From contig NC_086097.1 in assembly GCF_963921235.1 (NCBI RefSeq), positions 16,120,001 to 16,184,000 on the forward strand: a stretch of 64,000 bases of DNA, read 5' to 3'. The notes below the pieces were generated by a model. It ran no database searches. It was not told the origin of the DNA and was given only the letters and a program-made list of their open reading frames with translations. The position numbers and the translations under genes were made by a program. The stretch is from Mobula hypostoma (lineage: Eukaryota). The first letter of the stretch is position 1; the number at the start of each line of letters is the position of its first letter. Of the stretch, positions 12,738-24,142 are shown in pieces.

Positions 12738-14767
12738 TAATGCAAGAAGCATCGTAGGAAAGGTGGATGAGCTCAGTGCACAGATCAACACCAGGCATAA
12801 TGACATTGTAGCCATTAGTGAGACTTGGTTGTGGAAGGGGCAGAACTGGCAGCTCAATATTCCGGGGTTCTGTTGTTTTAGACGTGACAGGGCATGAAGG
12901 ATTAAAGGAGGAGATAGTGGCGTTACTAGTCAGGGAAAATGTCACAGCAGTACTCTGTCAGTACAGACTGGAGAACTCATCTAGTGAGGTGTTAAGGGTG
13001 GAACTGAGAAATAATAAAAGTATGACCATGTTAACAGGGTTTTATTACAGACCACCCAACAGTCTTGGGATTTAGAGGAACAAATTGGTAAAGAAATCCA
13101 GACTGTTGCAAGAAACATAAGGTTGTTATAGTAGGTGATTTTAGCTTTCCACATATTGACTGGGAATCCCATACTGTAGGACTAGATGGGATAGAGTTTG
13201 TCAAATGTGTTCAGGAAAGTGTTCGTAGAAGTTTCAATGAGAGAGCGTGCGATACGCGATCTATTATTATGGAATGAGACTGAGCAATGACAGAAGTTTG
13301 TGTAGGGGAACACTTCACATCTAGCGACCATGATGTCATTAGTTTCAAAGTGAATATGCAAAAAGATAGGTCTGATCCCTGAGTTGAGATTCTAAATTGG
13401 AGAAAGACCAATTTTGATGGTATCAGAAATCATCTGGCAAGTGTGGATTTGGACAGGATTTTTTTTGGCAAAGGTGTACTTGGTAAGTAGGAGACCTTCA
13501 AAAGTGAAGTTTTGAGATAACAAAGCTTGTATGTGCCTATCAGAATAATAAAGTAAAGATAACAAGTACAGAGAATCTTTATTTTCTAGGGATATTGAAG
13601 CCCTGGTTAAGAGAAAAACAGGAGGTGCATCGCAGGTTTAGGCAGGTATGAAAAAAATGAGGTGCTTATGGAGTATAAGAAATGCAAGAGAACGTTTAAG
13701 AAAGAAATCAGGAAGTCTAAAAGAAGGTATGAAGTTGCTCTAATAGATAAGGGGAAGGAGAATCCTAAGTGATTCTACAGATATGTAAAGAGCAAAAGGA
13801 TTGCAAGGGACAAAATTGGTTCTCTGGAAGATCAGATTGGTAATCTATGTGCAGAGCCAAAAGAGATGGGGGAGATCTTAAATAAATTTTTTGCAGTATT
13901 TATTCAGGAGATGGACACAGAGTCTATAGAAGTGAGGCAAAGCAGCATAATTTCATGGACACTGTAGAGATTACAGAGAAGGAAGTGTTTCCTACCCTGA
14001 AGCAAATCAGGGTGGATAAATCCCCAGGGCCTCACAAGGTGTTCCCTTGGACACTATGGGAGACAAGTGCTGAATTGTCGGGGCTCTTGCAGAGATATTT
14101 AAACATCCTTAGCGACAGGAGCGGTACCAGAGGACTGGAGGGGAGCCAATGTTTTTCCACTGTTTAAAGAAAAGGCTTTAAACATAAACCAGGAAATTAT
14201 AGGCTGGTGCGCCTGACATCAGTTGTTGGAAGTTGGAAGGTATTCTGAGAGACCAGATATATAAGTATTTGGATCGAGGTGGACTGATTAAGGATGATCA
14301 GCAAGGTTTTGTGCATGGTAGGTCATGTCTAACCAATCTTATAGAGTTCTTCGAGGAAGTTACCAGGAAAGTGGATGAAGGGAAGGACGATGCATCAACA
14401 TGGATGATGTGATTGGTCGAGAAGGTTCAGTTGCTCGGCATCAAGATAAGGTAGTAAATTGGATTAGACATTGGCTTTGACAAGGAAGCCAGAGAGTGGT
14501 AGTAGATGATCGCTCTCTGACTGGAGGCCTGTGACTAGTGTTGTGCTGCAGAGACTGGTGTTGGGTCCTTTCTTGTTTGTCATCTATATGAATGATCTGG
14601 AGACAATGTGGTTAACTGGATCAACAAGTTTGCAGATGATACCAAGATTGGGATTTAGTGGAGAGTGAGGAAGGCTATCATGGCTTGCAAGGGGATCTGC
14701 ACCAACTGGAAAAATGGGCTGAAAAATGGCAGATGGAATTTAATGAAGATTAGTGCAAGGTTTTGTT

Positions 14768-15955
14768 ACAAACAAGAAAAAGTCTGCAGATGCTGGAAAT
14801 CCAAGCAACACACACAAAAAGATGGAGGAAATCAGCAGTCCAGGCAGCATCCATGGAAAAAAGTAGTCGAAGTTGCGGGCCAAAACCCTTCAGCAGGACT
14901 GGAAAACAAAAGCTGAGGAGTAGATTTGAAAGGTGGGGGGAGGGGAGAGAGAAACGCCAGGTGTTAAGTAAAACTTGGAGGAGGAGGGATGAAGCAAAGA
15001 GCTTGATTAGTGAAAGAGACAGAAGACCATGGAAAAAGGAAGAAAGAAGAAAGGGGGATGCAGGGAGGAGCACCAGGGGAAGGTGATGGGCAGGCAAGCA
15101 GATAACAGGCGAGAGGGTCTCCCTTACCCATTCGTCCCCCACTCCCCCACTGATCTCCCTCCTGGCACTTCACTTTGCAAGCAAAACAACTGCTTCACCT
15201 GCTCCTACACCTCCTCCCTCACTACCATTCAGGTCCCCAAACAGTCCTTCCAGGTGAGGTGATACTTCATCTGTGACTCTGTTGGGGTCATATACTGTGT
15301 TTGGTGCTCCCAGTGTGGCCTCTTGTATATCAGTGAGACCTGACATAGATTGGGATACTGCTTCGCCAAGCATCTACGCTCTGTCCGCCAGAACAAGCGG
15401 GATCTCCCAGTGGCCACCCATTTTAATTTCACTTCCCGTTCCCATTCCAATATGTCCATCCATGGCCTCCTCCACGGTCGGGATAAGGCCACATTTAGGT
15501 TGGAGGAACAACACCTTATATTCCATTTGGGTAGACTCCAAACTGATGGTATGAACATCGATTTCTCAAACTTCCAGGGATGTCTTCATCCCCACCCCCC
15601 CTTCACCATTTCCCATCCCCCCTTCACCATTTCCCATCCCCTTGTCCCCTCTCACGTTATCTCCTTGCCCACCCATTGCCTCCCTCTGGTACTCCTCCCC
15701 GTTCCCCCCACTTCTTTCTTCCATAGCCTTCTGTCTCTTTCACCAATCAACTTTCTAGCTCTTTACTTCATCCCTCCCCCTCCAAGTTTTAACTATCGCC
15801 TGGCGTTCTCTCTCCCCTCCCCACCACCTTTAGAATCTACTCCTAAGCTTTCTTTCTCCAGTCCTGCCGAATGGTTTTGGCTCGAAACATCAACTGTAAT
15901 TTTTTCCCAGGATGCTGCTGGCGTGCTGAGTTCCTCCAGCAATTTGTGCGTGTTG
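14768..15955 (+). mobile_element. Penelope-like element with inverted pLTR (about 14768-15125 reverse) plus forward GIY-YIG/pLTR
   Basis: DLPVATHFN...RLEEQHLIFHLGRLQTDGMNIDFSNF; the reverse-complement copy of the 3' end precedes it. Confidence 0.85.
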
Positions 15956-16189
15956 AGAGTATGACCAGCAAGGATAGGTCTTACATAGTGAACAGTAGTG
16001 CACTAAGGAATGTGGTAGCACAAAGGGATCTGGGAATACAGGTCCATAATTCATTGAAAGTGGCATCACAGGTGATAGGGTCGTAAAGAAAGCTTCTGAC
16101 AAATTATGCTTCATAAGTCAATGTATTAAGTACAGGAGTTGGGATGTTATGTTGAAGTTGTATAAGGCATTAGGCCTAACTTGGGAGTA

Positions 16190-16772
16190 TTAGAAACATA
16201 GAAAACCTACAGCACAATATAGGCCCTTTGGCCCACAATGCTGTGCCAAACATGTACTTACTTTAGAAATTACCTAGGGTTACCCATAGCCCTCTATTTT
16301 TCTAAGCTCCATGTACCTATCCAGGAGTCTCTTAAACGACCCTATTGTATCAACCTCCACCATAGTCGCCAGCAGCCCATTCCACGCACTCACCACTCTC
16401 TGCGCAAAAACTTACCCCTGACATCTCCTCTGTACCTACTTCCAAGCACCTTAAAACTGTGCCCTCTCATGTTCGCCATTTTAGACCTGGGAAAAAGCCT
16501 CTGACTATCCACACAATCAACGCCTTTCATCATCTTATACACCTCTATCAGGTCCCCTCTCATCCTCCGTCACTCCAAGGAGAAAAGGCCAGGTTCACTC
16601 AACCTGTTCTTGTAAGGCATGCTCCCCAATCCAGGCAACATCCTTGTAAATCTCCTCTGCACCCTTACCATGGTTTCCACATCCTTCCTGCACAGAACTG
16701 AGCACAGGTACTCCAAGTGGGGTCTGAGCAGGGTCCTATACAGCTGTAACATTATCTCTTGGCTCTTGAACC
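16190..16772 (-). mobile_element. CR1 3' end nested in CR1
   Basis: LQLYRTLLRPHLEY...RVQRRFTRMLPGL; same subfamily as 12259-12737. Confidence 0.9.
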
Positions 16773-17404
16773 CAATATAATAATACTGAGTTCAATAACT
16801 CAATATTACATGGAGTTTTGGTCACCAACCTACAGGAAAGATGTAAACAAGTTTAAAAGAGTGCAGAGAAAATTTACAAGGATGTTCCAGGCCTGGAGGA
16901 CCTGAGTTATAAGGAAAGATTGAATAGTTTATGACTGTATTCCTCAGAACATAAAAGATTCGCAGGTGATTTGATTGAGTTATACAAAATTATAAGGAAT
17001 ATAGATAAGGGAAATGTAAGCAACTGAGGCTAGGTGTGACTACAGCTATAGGTTGTGAGTTAAGGGTAAAAGGTGAAAAGTTTAAGGGAAACACGTGGGA
17101 AAACTTCACTCAGAGGGTCGTGAGAGATACAAAATTGTTAAATGGTTAGAGTAATAGAGATAGAATGTTACCAGGCCATAGTGAGATTAGGTGCCAGTAT
17201 AGACCATTAGGCATAAACTGCACATACTTAGCAGAAATTTAGATCAGTTAGGGAAGGTAGTATGTGTTAGGTGTGATAGAAAAGCACTGGGTTAGTCACA
17301 CCTTGTAACAAAACCACCTTTGATGATGCTTTCAATAAAATATTTTTGAAACATATTTAAATAATACTTAATATGATAATTGCAAATGAGCTTATTTTAA
17401 TTAC

Positions 17405-17493
17405 CAAATAATCTGACTGAAGATATAGTCTGATCCTGTCAGTTTCACTATCTAAATTTTCTGATGTGCATCTGAATACATCAAGTCCAGGAT
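17405..17493 (-). CDS. CATSPERB: CATSPERB coding exon 3 (89 nt, phase 1 to 0): (D)PGLDVFRCTSENLDSETDRIRLYLQSDYL
   Basis: ctttctcatttag acceptor and TTG|gtaatt donor; gap-free match to recalled human DTEKRFACSNKGFPQENEIIKLYLFLENL (FxC...E...I[RK]LYL...L). Confidence 0.85.
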
Positions 17494-17904
17494 CTAAATG
17501 AGAAAGATATGGTTTCACTCTCATAGAAAAATAACCTCTTGTTAAAGTTCTGCAAACTTTATAGTATTATTTATTATAGAATTATTTCTATATTCTACAC
17601 AGTTTCAGTATTTTGTCTACCACATGCACCCACCTGCACCAAAACCCCACCTCCACCTGAAGATTCTGTCTCTCTCGACAGAATCCTTGAGTGGAAGATC
17701 AGACATAAATGAATCCATTTTGAATTCAGCACTGTTTCTCTCAACCATGTACCCAAAGTAACACTTATTCAGAAGCTTCAAGAGGTAGGATCATTATGCC
17801 AGTTTTTAAGAATGACAGTGATTAGTTTCATACTTTCATTTTTATTGGAAAATAATCACTTTTCTGAAACACTGTGCCAGAAATTCACCTCTAATTTATA
17901 GTTA

Positions 17905-19222
17905 AGATTCAAGATTGTTTCATGTGATTTCCAGTACACAAGTGTAAAGCAGAACAAAAAAATTGTTACTCCATATCTGATACAGCACAAAACACAATAA
18001 TAAAAACACAATAAAAACAAATATATAAGATTGCTTATATACATAGATTGATTTTATATTCATAAAGTGACACTGGGCACAGGAGTGTCTGTGCATAAGG
18101 CGACTGACAGGAAATAATAAAGTAGTGAAGGTGTAGATGTGATAGGCTGGGGTAGTATGGAAGTGTTGATCAGCTTTACTGCTTGGAGAAAGTAACTGTT
18201 TTTGAGCCTGGTGGTCCTGGTGTGGATGCTATGTAGCCTCCTCCCTGATGGGAGTGGGACAAACAGTCCAAAAGCAGGGTGGGTGGGTCCTTCATGCTAT
18301 TGCTGGCCTTTTTCCAAGACCTTTCTATATATATTCCTTGATGGCAGGTAGGCTGGTGTCAGTGATGCACTGGGCTGTTTGGCTACCTGTTGTAGAGCCT
18401 TCCTGTCTGCCACAGCGTAGCTTCTGTACCACGAAGTGATGCAGCATGTTAGAAAGCTCCCTACTAAGCATCTGTCAAAGGTCATGACTACTGATGTACA
18501 TAGTCCAGCTCTCTTCAGCCTCCTCAGAAGGTAGTGGCATTGGTGAGCCTTCTTTATTGTGAAGGACGTGTTCTGGGACGTGCACTCCCAAAAGTTTGAA
18601 ACTGGTCGCAGTTTCTACTGCTGTGCCACCAATGTAAAGAGAGGTGTAAATAGTGCAAGTTCTCCTGAAATTGATAACCATCTCCTTTGTCTTGTTGACA
18701 CTGAGGAAGAGATTATTTGCCTGGCACCAAGCCTCAAGCTCTTCCACCTCCTCTCTCTAAGCCAGGTCATCATTATTGGGGATGAGTTCCGCCACTGTCA
18801 TGTCATCTGCTAACTTGACAATGTAATTCCTTGGGTGACTGGCCATGCAGCCATATGTGAGCAGAGTGTACAGCAAACACGAGGAAATCTGCAAATGCTG
18901 GAAATTCAAGCAACACACATCAAAGTCCTGACGAAGGGTCTCAGCCCAAAACGTCGACTGCACCTCTTCCTAGAGATGCTGCCTGGCCTGCTGCGTTCAC
19001 CAGCAACTTTGAAGAGTGTACAGCAGTTGAATCAGCCCGGGGGGGGAGGGGGGGCACCTGTGTTGAGGATGATGGGGAGGGAGGAGCAGTTGTGCATCCT
19101 GACTATTTGAGGTCTGTTGGTTAGGAAGTTCACCACCCAGTTACACAGTGGAGTATTTAGACTGAGGTCTAACAGCTTGTTCACCATGGTCAGTGGGACA
19201 ATAGTGTTGAATGCCAAACTGA
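17905..19222 (-). mobile_element. Rex1/Babar-like (L2 group) LINE 3' part, decayed
   Basis: CNWVVNFLTNRPQ...NTGAP, KLADDMTV, WCQANNLFLSVNKTKEMVINFRR; (aatcttg)-like tail at about 17905-17915. Confidence 0.85.
18876..19012 (+). mobile_element. 137-bp Penelope-derived mini element carrying a hammerhead motif; 13-bp TSD
   Basis: AGAGTGTACAGCA at 18863-18875 and 19013-19025; internal agtcCTGACGAagggtctcagcccAAAACGTCgactg. Confidence 0.85.
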
Positions 19223-19959
19223 ATGGATGAAAATTACGAAATACGTTATAGTCATGAGGGAAAAAAAAATAAGAAGGAACATATAACTTGTACTCAGGCC
19301 AATTTCCTGAAACTACCAGAGGTTTAACAATTGAAATTTGTAAATATGTAGGCCACGAAATTTTGAGTGCCTTTACAAACTCACTGGTTATGTATTGTGG
19401 ACACTCTTTGTATATGGGATACAAAGGGATCCTATTCAAAGAGTACTTTTGGCAAAACACTCATAGCAAGATATGTATTATTGTGACTTGATTACTGAGG
19501 ACACTTAGTATTACCAGTGTTCATTACATCTGAGTGCCAGAAAAGCACATACACTTAGCAGAGTGCTTGCCTGTATAAAGTATGTGTGTAAGCATGTGTA
19601 ATTAATGAAAGCAGATTCTAGACCCAATTGGAATACCAACTTGCTAAAGCACTTACTATAGAGTGTACATTGGTAGTGATTTGGAGTTGGACACCATCAA
19701 TGGTGTCGAGGTCTTCATCGACACGATGGACAAACAACATTGGTAGTACTGAGTGGCATGTCCATAGTAACATGTGAGAGCATATCTCACATAGGTGAAT
19801 GTTATGGGGTGTCATATACTGAAAGAGAGACACTGAAATATAGGCTCATCACAAAGCAGCAAGGGTAACCTGCGGGCTAGCAGAGTGAAGCAGCGTCTTA
19901 CACCTCCTTTGGTAGCAACATTTCTCTACTCACCATCCCAACAGTAGATGAGTAGAAGA

Positions 19960-20455
19960 GGCCACTCTCAGGGTGGAGGACTAACACCTTATATTCTGTC
20001 TGGGTAGCTTCCAAACTGATGGCATATCGATTTCTCCTTCCAGTAATTTTTCCTCCCACTCCCCTCTTCTTCTTTTCCCCATTCTGACCTTTTACCTTTT
20101 CTTATCTGCTCATCACTTCCCCCGGGTCCCCGCCTCCTTCCCTTTCTCCTATGGTCCATTATCCTCTCCTATCAGATTCCTTTCTCTCCAACTCTTTTTT
20201 TTTATTTCCTACCAACCTGGCTTCACCTATCACCTTCTAGCTAGCCTCCTTCCCCTCCTCCACCTTTTTATTCTGGCATCTACCCTCTTCCTTTTCACTT
20301 CTGAAGAAAGCTCTCGCCCCAAAATATTAACTGTTTTATTCATTTCCATAGATGCTGCCTGACCTGCTGAGTTCCTCCAGCATTTTGTGAGTGTTGCTTG
20401 GGATTTCCAGCATTTGCAGATTTGCTTGGGATTTCCAGCATTTGCAGATTTTCTT
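19960..20455 (+). mobile_element. Penelope 3' fragment/pLTR with a short tandem duplication at its end
   Basis: Homologous to 7150-7655; ttgcttgggatttccagcatttgcaga occurs twice at about 20394-20450. Confidence 0.8.
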
Positions 20456-20599
20456 CTGCTTATGAAAATTAATTATTGATTACCTCAGCAACTGAGCCTT
20501 AACGTGCACATTTGTATTATAAAAAGTGATTAGAAAACATAAAAACTCAGATTTAAAATCAGTTGGGTTTATTTAGTGTATGTATGCACAGAGGCAAAG

Positions 20600-21110
20600 A
20601 AAGACTTACTTGGGGCAGTATCACAGGCACCCTGCAGCATTCATCAGAAAAACATGAATTGAACATACATTTATACACAATATTTACCAGAAAGAAGACA
20701 ATTAGAACAAAGTCCAGTTTAGTGCAAAGTGATCAATGTGGTCATAGTGTTTCCAAACTGTAGTGAATTGGTTGTGCAGGTTGATTGAAGAGCAAAATGG
20801 TTGAAGGGAAGTAGCTGTTCCTGAAACTGGTTGGGTGTGAGATCAGCTTAATGCCCAATGCAAGAAAATGGCATGGCCCAGATGGTGGAGGTCTTTGATG
20901 ATGGATATTGCCTTCTTCAGGCAGTGTCTCTTGTAGATACTAGTGATGGTGGAGAGAGATGTATCCCTGTTTTGAGCACTACTCTCTGCAGCTTCTTGCA
21001 TTCATACACACTCAAATTGCAGTACCAGACCATAATGCAACCAGTCAGGATACTTTCAAGAGTACATGCACGTAGAAATTTGTTAGTGTTCAATGACAAG
21101 CCAAATCTCT
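20600..21110 (-). mobile_element. Rex1/Babar-like LINE 3' remnant
   Basis: RACTLESILTGCIMVWYCN...KKLQRVV. Confidence 0.65.
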
Positions 21111-21168
21111 TGATCCCCAATCTCAGTCTACAATGTAGACTATAAAAACACCTAAATTTATACTGTAC

Positions 21169-21250
21169 CTTTAACATTAGATGCATTGTGTGATTTATAA
21201 AATCTGATGATGATTATTAAAAACATCATCCATTCCACGCTGAAATGTTT
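21169..21250 (-). CDS. CATSPERB: CATSPERB coding exon 2 (82 nt, phase 0 to 1), signal peptide: KHFSVEWMMFLIIIIRFYKSHNASNVK
   Basis: tttgtttattccag acceptor and AAG|gtacag donor; hydrophobic core; the phase-1 end joins exon 3 to give ...VKD, like recalled human ...NKD. Confidence 0.75.
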
Positions 21251-21537
21251 CTGGAATAAACAAATGCTACAGGAGTAAATGAGCACTATTGATATACAAA
21301 ATATAACAACAATCCTAAATAAAAACAGAAAATGCTGGAAAAGCTCAACAAGTCAGTCAGCATCTATGAAGAGAGGCGCAATCCTGGACCCTTCATAATC
21401 TTACATGAATTGCTGACAGTGCATCATATGATGAACATTAAGGCTAGCTCAGGATTTAAAACTTCTCTTTTTGAAAAGTTCAGTTCTGCTTGATTTCAGC
21501 AAAGCCCAATCCTCATATTGGCCAGAGCAGAGTATTC

Positions 21538-22489
21538 AATGCAGCATCTCCAAGTTTGCGGATGACACGAAGCTGGGTGGCAGTGTTAGCAGTGAGGAGG
21601 ATGCTAAGAGGATGCAGGGTGACTTGGATAGGTTGGGTGAGTGGGCAAACTCATGGCAGATGCAATTTAATGTGGATAAATGTGAAGTTATCCACTTTGG
21701 TGGCAAAAATAGGAAAACAGATTATTATCTGAATGGTGGCCGATTAGGAAAAGGGGAGGTGCAACGAAACCTGGGTGTCATTATACACCAGTCATTGAAA
21801 GTGGACATGCAGGTACAGCAGGCGGTGAAAAAGGCAAATGGTATGCTGGCATTTATAGCGAGAGGATTCGAGTACAGGAGCAGGGAGGTACTACTGCAGT
21901 TGTACAGGGCCTTGGTGAGACCACACCTGGAGTATTGTGTGCAGTTTTGGTCCCCTAATCTGAGGAAAGACATCTTTGCCATAGAGGGAGTACAAAGAAG
22001 GTTCACCAGATTGATTCCTGGGATGGCAGGACTTTCATATGAAGAAAGACTGGATGAACTGGGCTTGTACTCATTGGAATTTAGAAGATTGAGGGGGGAT
22101 CTGATTGAAACGTATAAGATCCTAAAGGGATTGGACAGGCTAGATGCGGGAAGATTGTTCCCGATGTTGGGGAGGTCCAGAACGAGGGGTCACAGTTTGA
22201 GGATAGAGGGGAAGCCTTTTAGGACCGAGATTAGGAAAAACTTCTTCACACAGAGAGTGGTGAATCTGTGGAATTCTCTGCCACAGCAAACTGTTGAGGC
22301 CAGTTCATTGGCTATGTTTAAGAGGGAGTTAGATATGGCCCTTGTGGCTACAGGGGTCAGGGGGTATGGAGGGAAGGCTGGGGCGGTGTTCTGAGTTGGA
22401 TGATCAGCCATGATCATAATAAATGGCGGTGCAGGCTCGAAGGGCCGAATGGCCTACTCCTGCACCTATTTTCTATGTTTCTATGTTTC
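21538..22489 (+). mobile_element. Young CR1 3' fragment in CATSPERB intron 1; TSD TATTC; (tttctatg)n tail
   Basis: Uninterrupted frame to 22394 (SKFADDTK...GYGGKAG); TATTC at 21533-21537 and 22490-22494; nearly identical to 29551-30493. Confidence 0.95.
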
Positions 22490-23482
22490 TATTCCTGGGC
22501 TGTGATTCTTTGTTTCATTTGCCACCAGTTATATACCACTCTCTTCTGCAAGAATGAGGGAAAAATATTACAGAAATTCACACAAATGATTGTGTGGCTG
22601 TGGTGTTTAACTAGAAAGCACTATGTCATGAGTATTTGAGGTTTTCAATAATGCAGAATATTATGGCTGTGGTATATGAACGATAGAAATGATCCAAATC
22701 TTTAGAGATTGTGAGAAGATTAATTATGTAATTACAGTAAGCCCCCTCTGTTTCTCTGAGGATGCAAGATTTCTCTCCTTTCACTTAAGATTTCAGTGCC
22801 TGAAAACCCTACTTGCACACCACTTAATGTACGCTATTTGATGAGCTTGTAAAAATACAGCATTGTATGCAGAATGTATCTCTCATTTAATAAAAAAAAC
22901 AGCCGATTTATGATGTACTTTCCCTGGCAATAATCGGGATCATGATCAGGTTTTCTCAAGTTCTTCGCTCATACAGTATTACAAGCAAATCAACACAGCT
23001 GTTTTTCCTGTAAATAAACATATTTAAGACAACGCTGAACTTAACACGTGGATACATGGTTATTATGTTTTGGCAACTGTTCAGTAAGTGTGGTAAAACA
23101 GTGCATGCAACACCGAATAACAGACGCTGCTAGGGGGTAAAACTCAGTTCTCGCAAAGTAAGTCTTGTAACTAAAAAAGGGAATAGTATATGGGCCAGTG
23201 CGATGAACCGCAAAAACTGCAGGATAAGCAACTTTGGACTCGAGCCGGCTCTGAGAATTAGAAAAGCAGCAAAATAAATCACGTAGAGCGAAAACGTCAA
23301 TATAAACAGAAGAAATTTGGGGCCGTTTTGACACATCGGCAAATTTGACAGATGCAGGTGAGCGGTGGGGAGATTTGGATGTGGATGCAATGACATACCG
23401 AGGAGTTTGAAGCCCAGCCGCGGGTGTGGGTTCGGCGCACTTTACCGTCAAATTTTACGTAGGTGTACAAAATACCACATAC

Positions 23483-23485
23483 CAT
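23483..23485 (-). CDS. CATSPERB: Probable CATSPERB start codon at the 3' end of exon 1 (ATG|gtatgt)
   Basis: ttaaggATG|GTATGT, with A at -3 and a strong donor; phase 0 fits exon 2. An alternative donor CG|gtatgt lies at 23398 and internal Met codons exist in exon 2. Confidence 0.55.
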
Positions 23486-23536
23486 CCTTAATGGAGAAGC
23501 CTATTACCGGACCGCCACGCTACCACCCTGCCTCGG

Positions 23537-23557
23537 CCGTTAGTAACCCATGGCAAC
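23537..23557. promoter_or_regulatory. Adjacent MYB site (CCGTTA = TAACGG, 23537-23542) and RFX X-box (GTAACC-CAT-GGCAAC, 23543-23557)
   Basis: Match to YAACGG and GTNRCC-N0-3-RGYAAC consensus, about 55 bp upstream of the putative ATG. Confidence 0.65.
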
Positions 23558-23626
23558 CATTTGAAGGGAAGGGGTCGGCGCGGCGCGGCGCGACTCTCCT
23601 GCGGGTGGTGGGGGTGGGGGAACAAG

Positions 23627-23719
23627 ATGGCACCCATCATACTGAGACTCCATCACGCCAGCATGGGACTCATCATCGCAGTAAAGGTTCTCGTGCCTTC
23701 AGCTAAATCCAACATTCAG
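23627..23719 (+). other. Candidate first exon of an unidentified divergent transcript (MAPIILRLHHASMGLIIAVKVLVPSAKSNIQ|gt)
   Basis: aacAAGATGGc (Kozak/YY1-like), 31 open codons, CAG|gtaaaa donor; product not recognised. Confidence 0.35.
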
Positions 23720-24142
23720 GTAAAAAAAAATAAAGTGATCATTATTTTCACTGTGTGCCGTGTTGTACCATTTGGGCGATCATGGTCTTTCGTCTGTCTT
23801 TAATCCGAGAAGTTCCAATAAACTCTTAAAAACTTTTGCCTACCCATCCCTCGATCACAAGTTCCCTGACTGACGGGGTGCAGCAAGTAAGGCTGGGGAG
23901 CATCATGTCTAGCACCCGGACAATCTGTACCGGTGCCCCCCAGGGATGTGCGCTCTCCCCACTTCTCTTCTCCCTTTGCACTAATGACCGCACCTCACAG
24001 GATCCATCTGTTAAACTCTTGAAGTTTGCAGACGACACAACTGTCATTGGCCTTATCCGTCACGGTGATGAGTCTGCATACAGACCGGTGGTGGAACGGC
24101 TAGCCCTCTAGTGTGGCCAGAACAATCTGGAGCTAAATACGC

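Larger units (their letters stand above)
12180..17130 (+). mobile_element. Long decayed CR1 LINE (EN, RT and 3' region) hosting three nested insertions
   Basis: Collinear remnants FNARSI, AISETWL, YYRPPN, GDFxFP, DKSPGP, FADDTK, CR1 C-terminus; interrupted at 12259-12737, 14768-15955 and 16190-16772. Confidence 0.85.
23380..23640. promoter_or_regulatory. CpG-rich promoter of CATSPERB, probably bidirectional
   Basis: Only non-repeat CpG-dense stretch in the window (ccgcgg, cggcgcggcgcggcgcg); lies immediately 5' of the CATSPERB exon chain; splice donors face outward on both strands. Confidence 0.7.

Noticed and set aside
17633..17748. Minus-strand frame MVERNSAEFKMDS...RWRWGFGA near exon 3, as a possible CATSPERB exon
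   Set aside because: No hydrophobic signal peptide, weak donors and no resemblance to the recalled CATSPERB N-terminus; 21169-21250 fits better
23130..23396. Hydrophobic 88-aa ORF (…KFLLFILTFSLYVIYFAAFLIL…) as the signal-peptide exon
   Set aside because: No suitable phase-1 donor; hydrophobicity is explained by T-rich intron sequence
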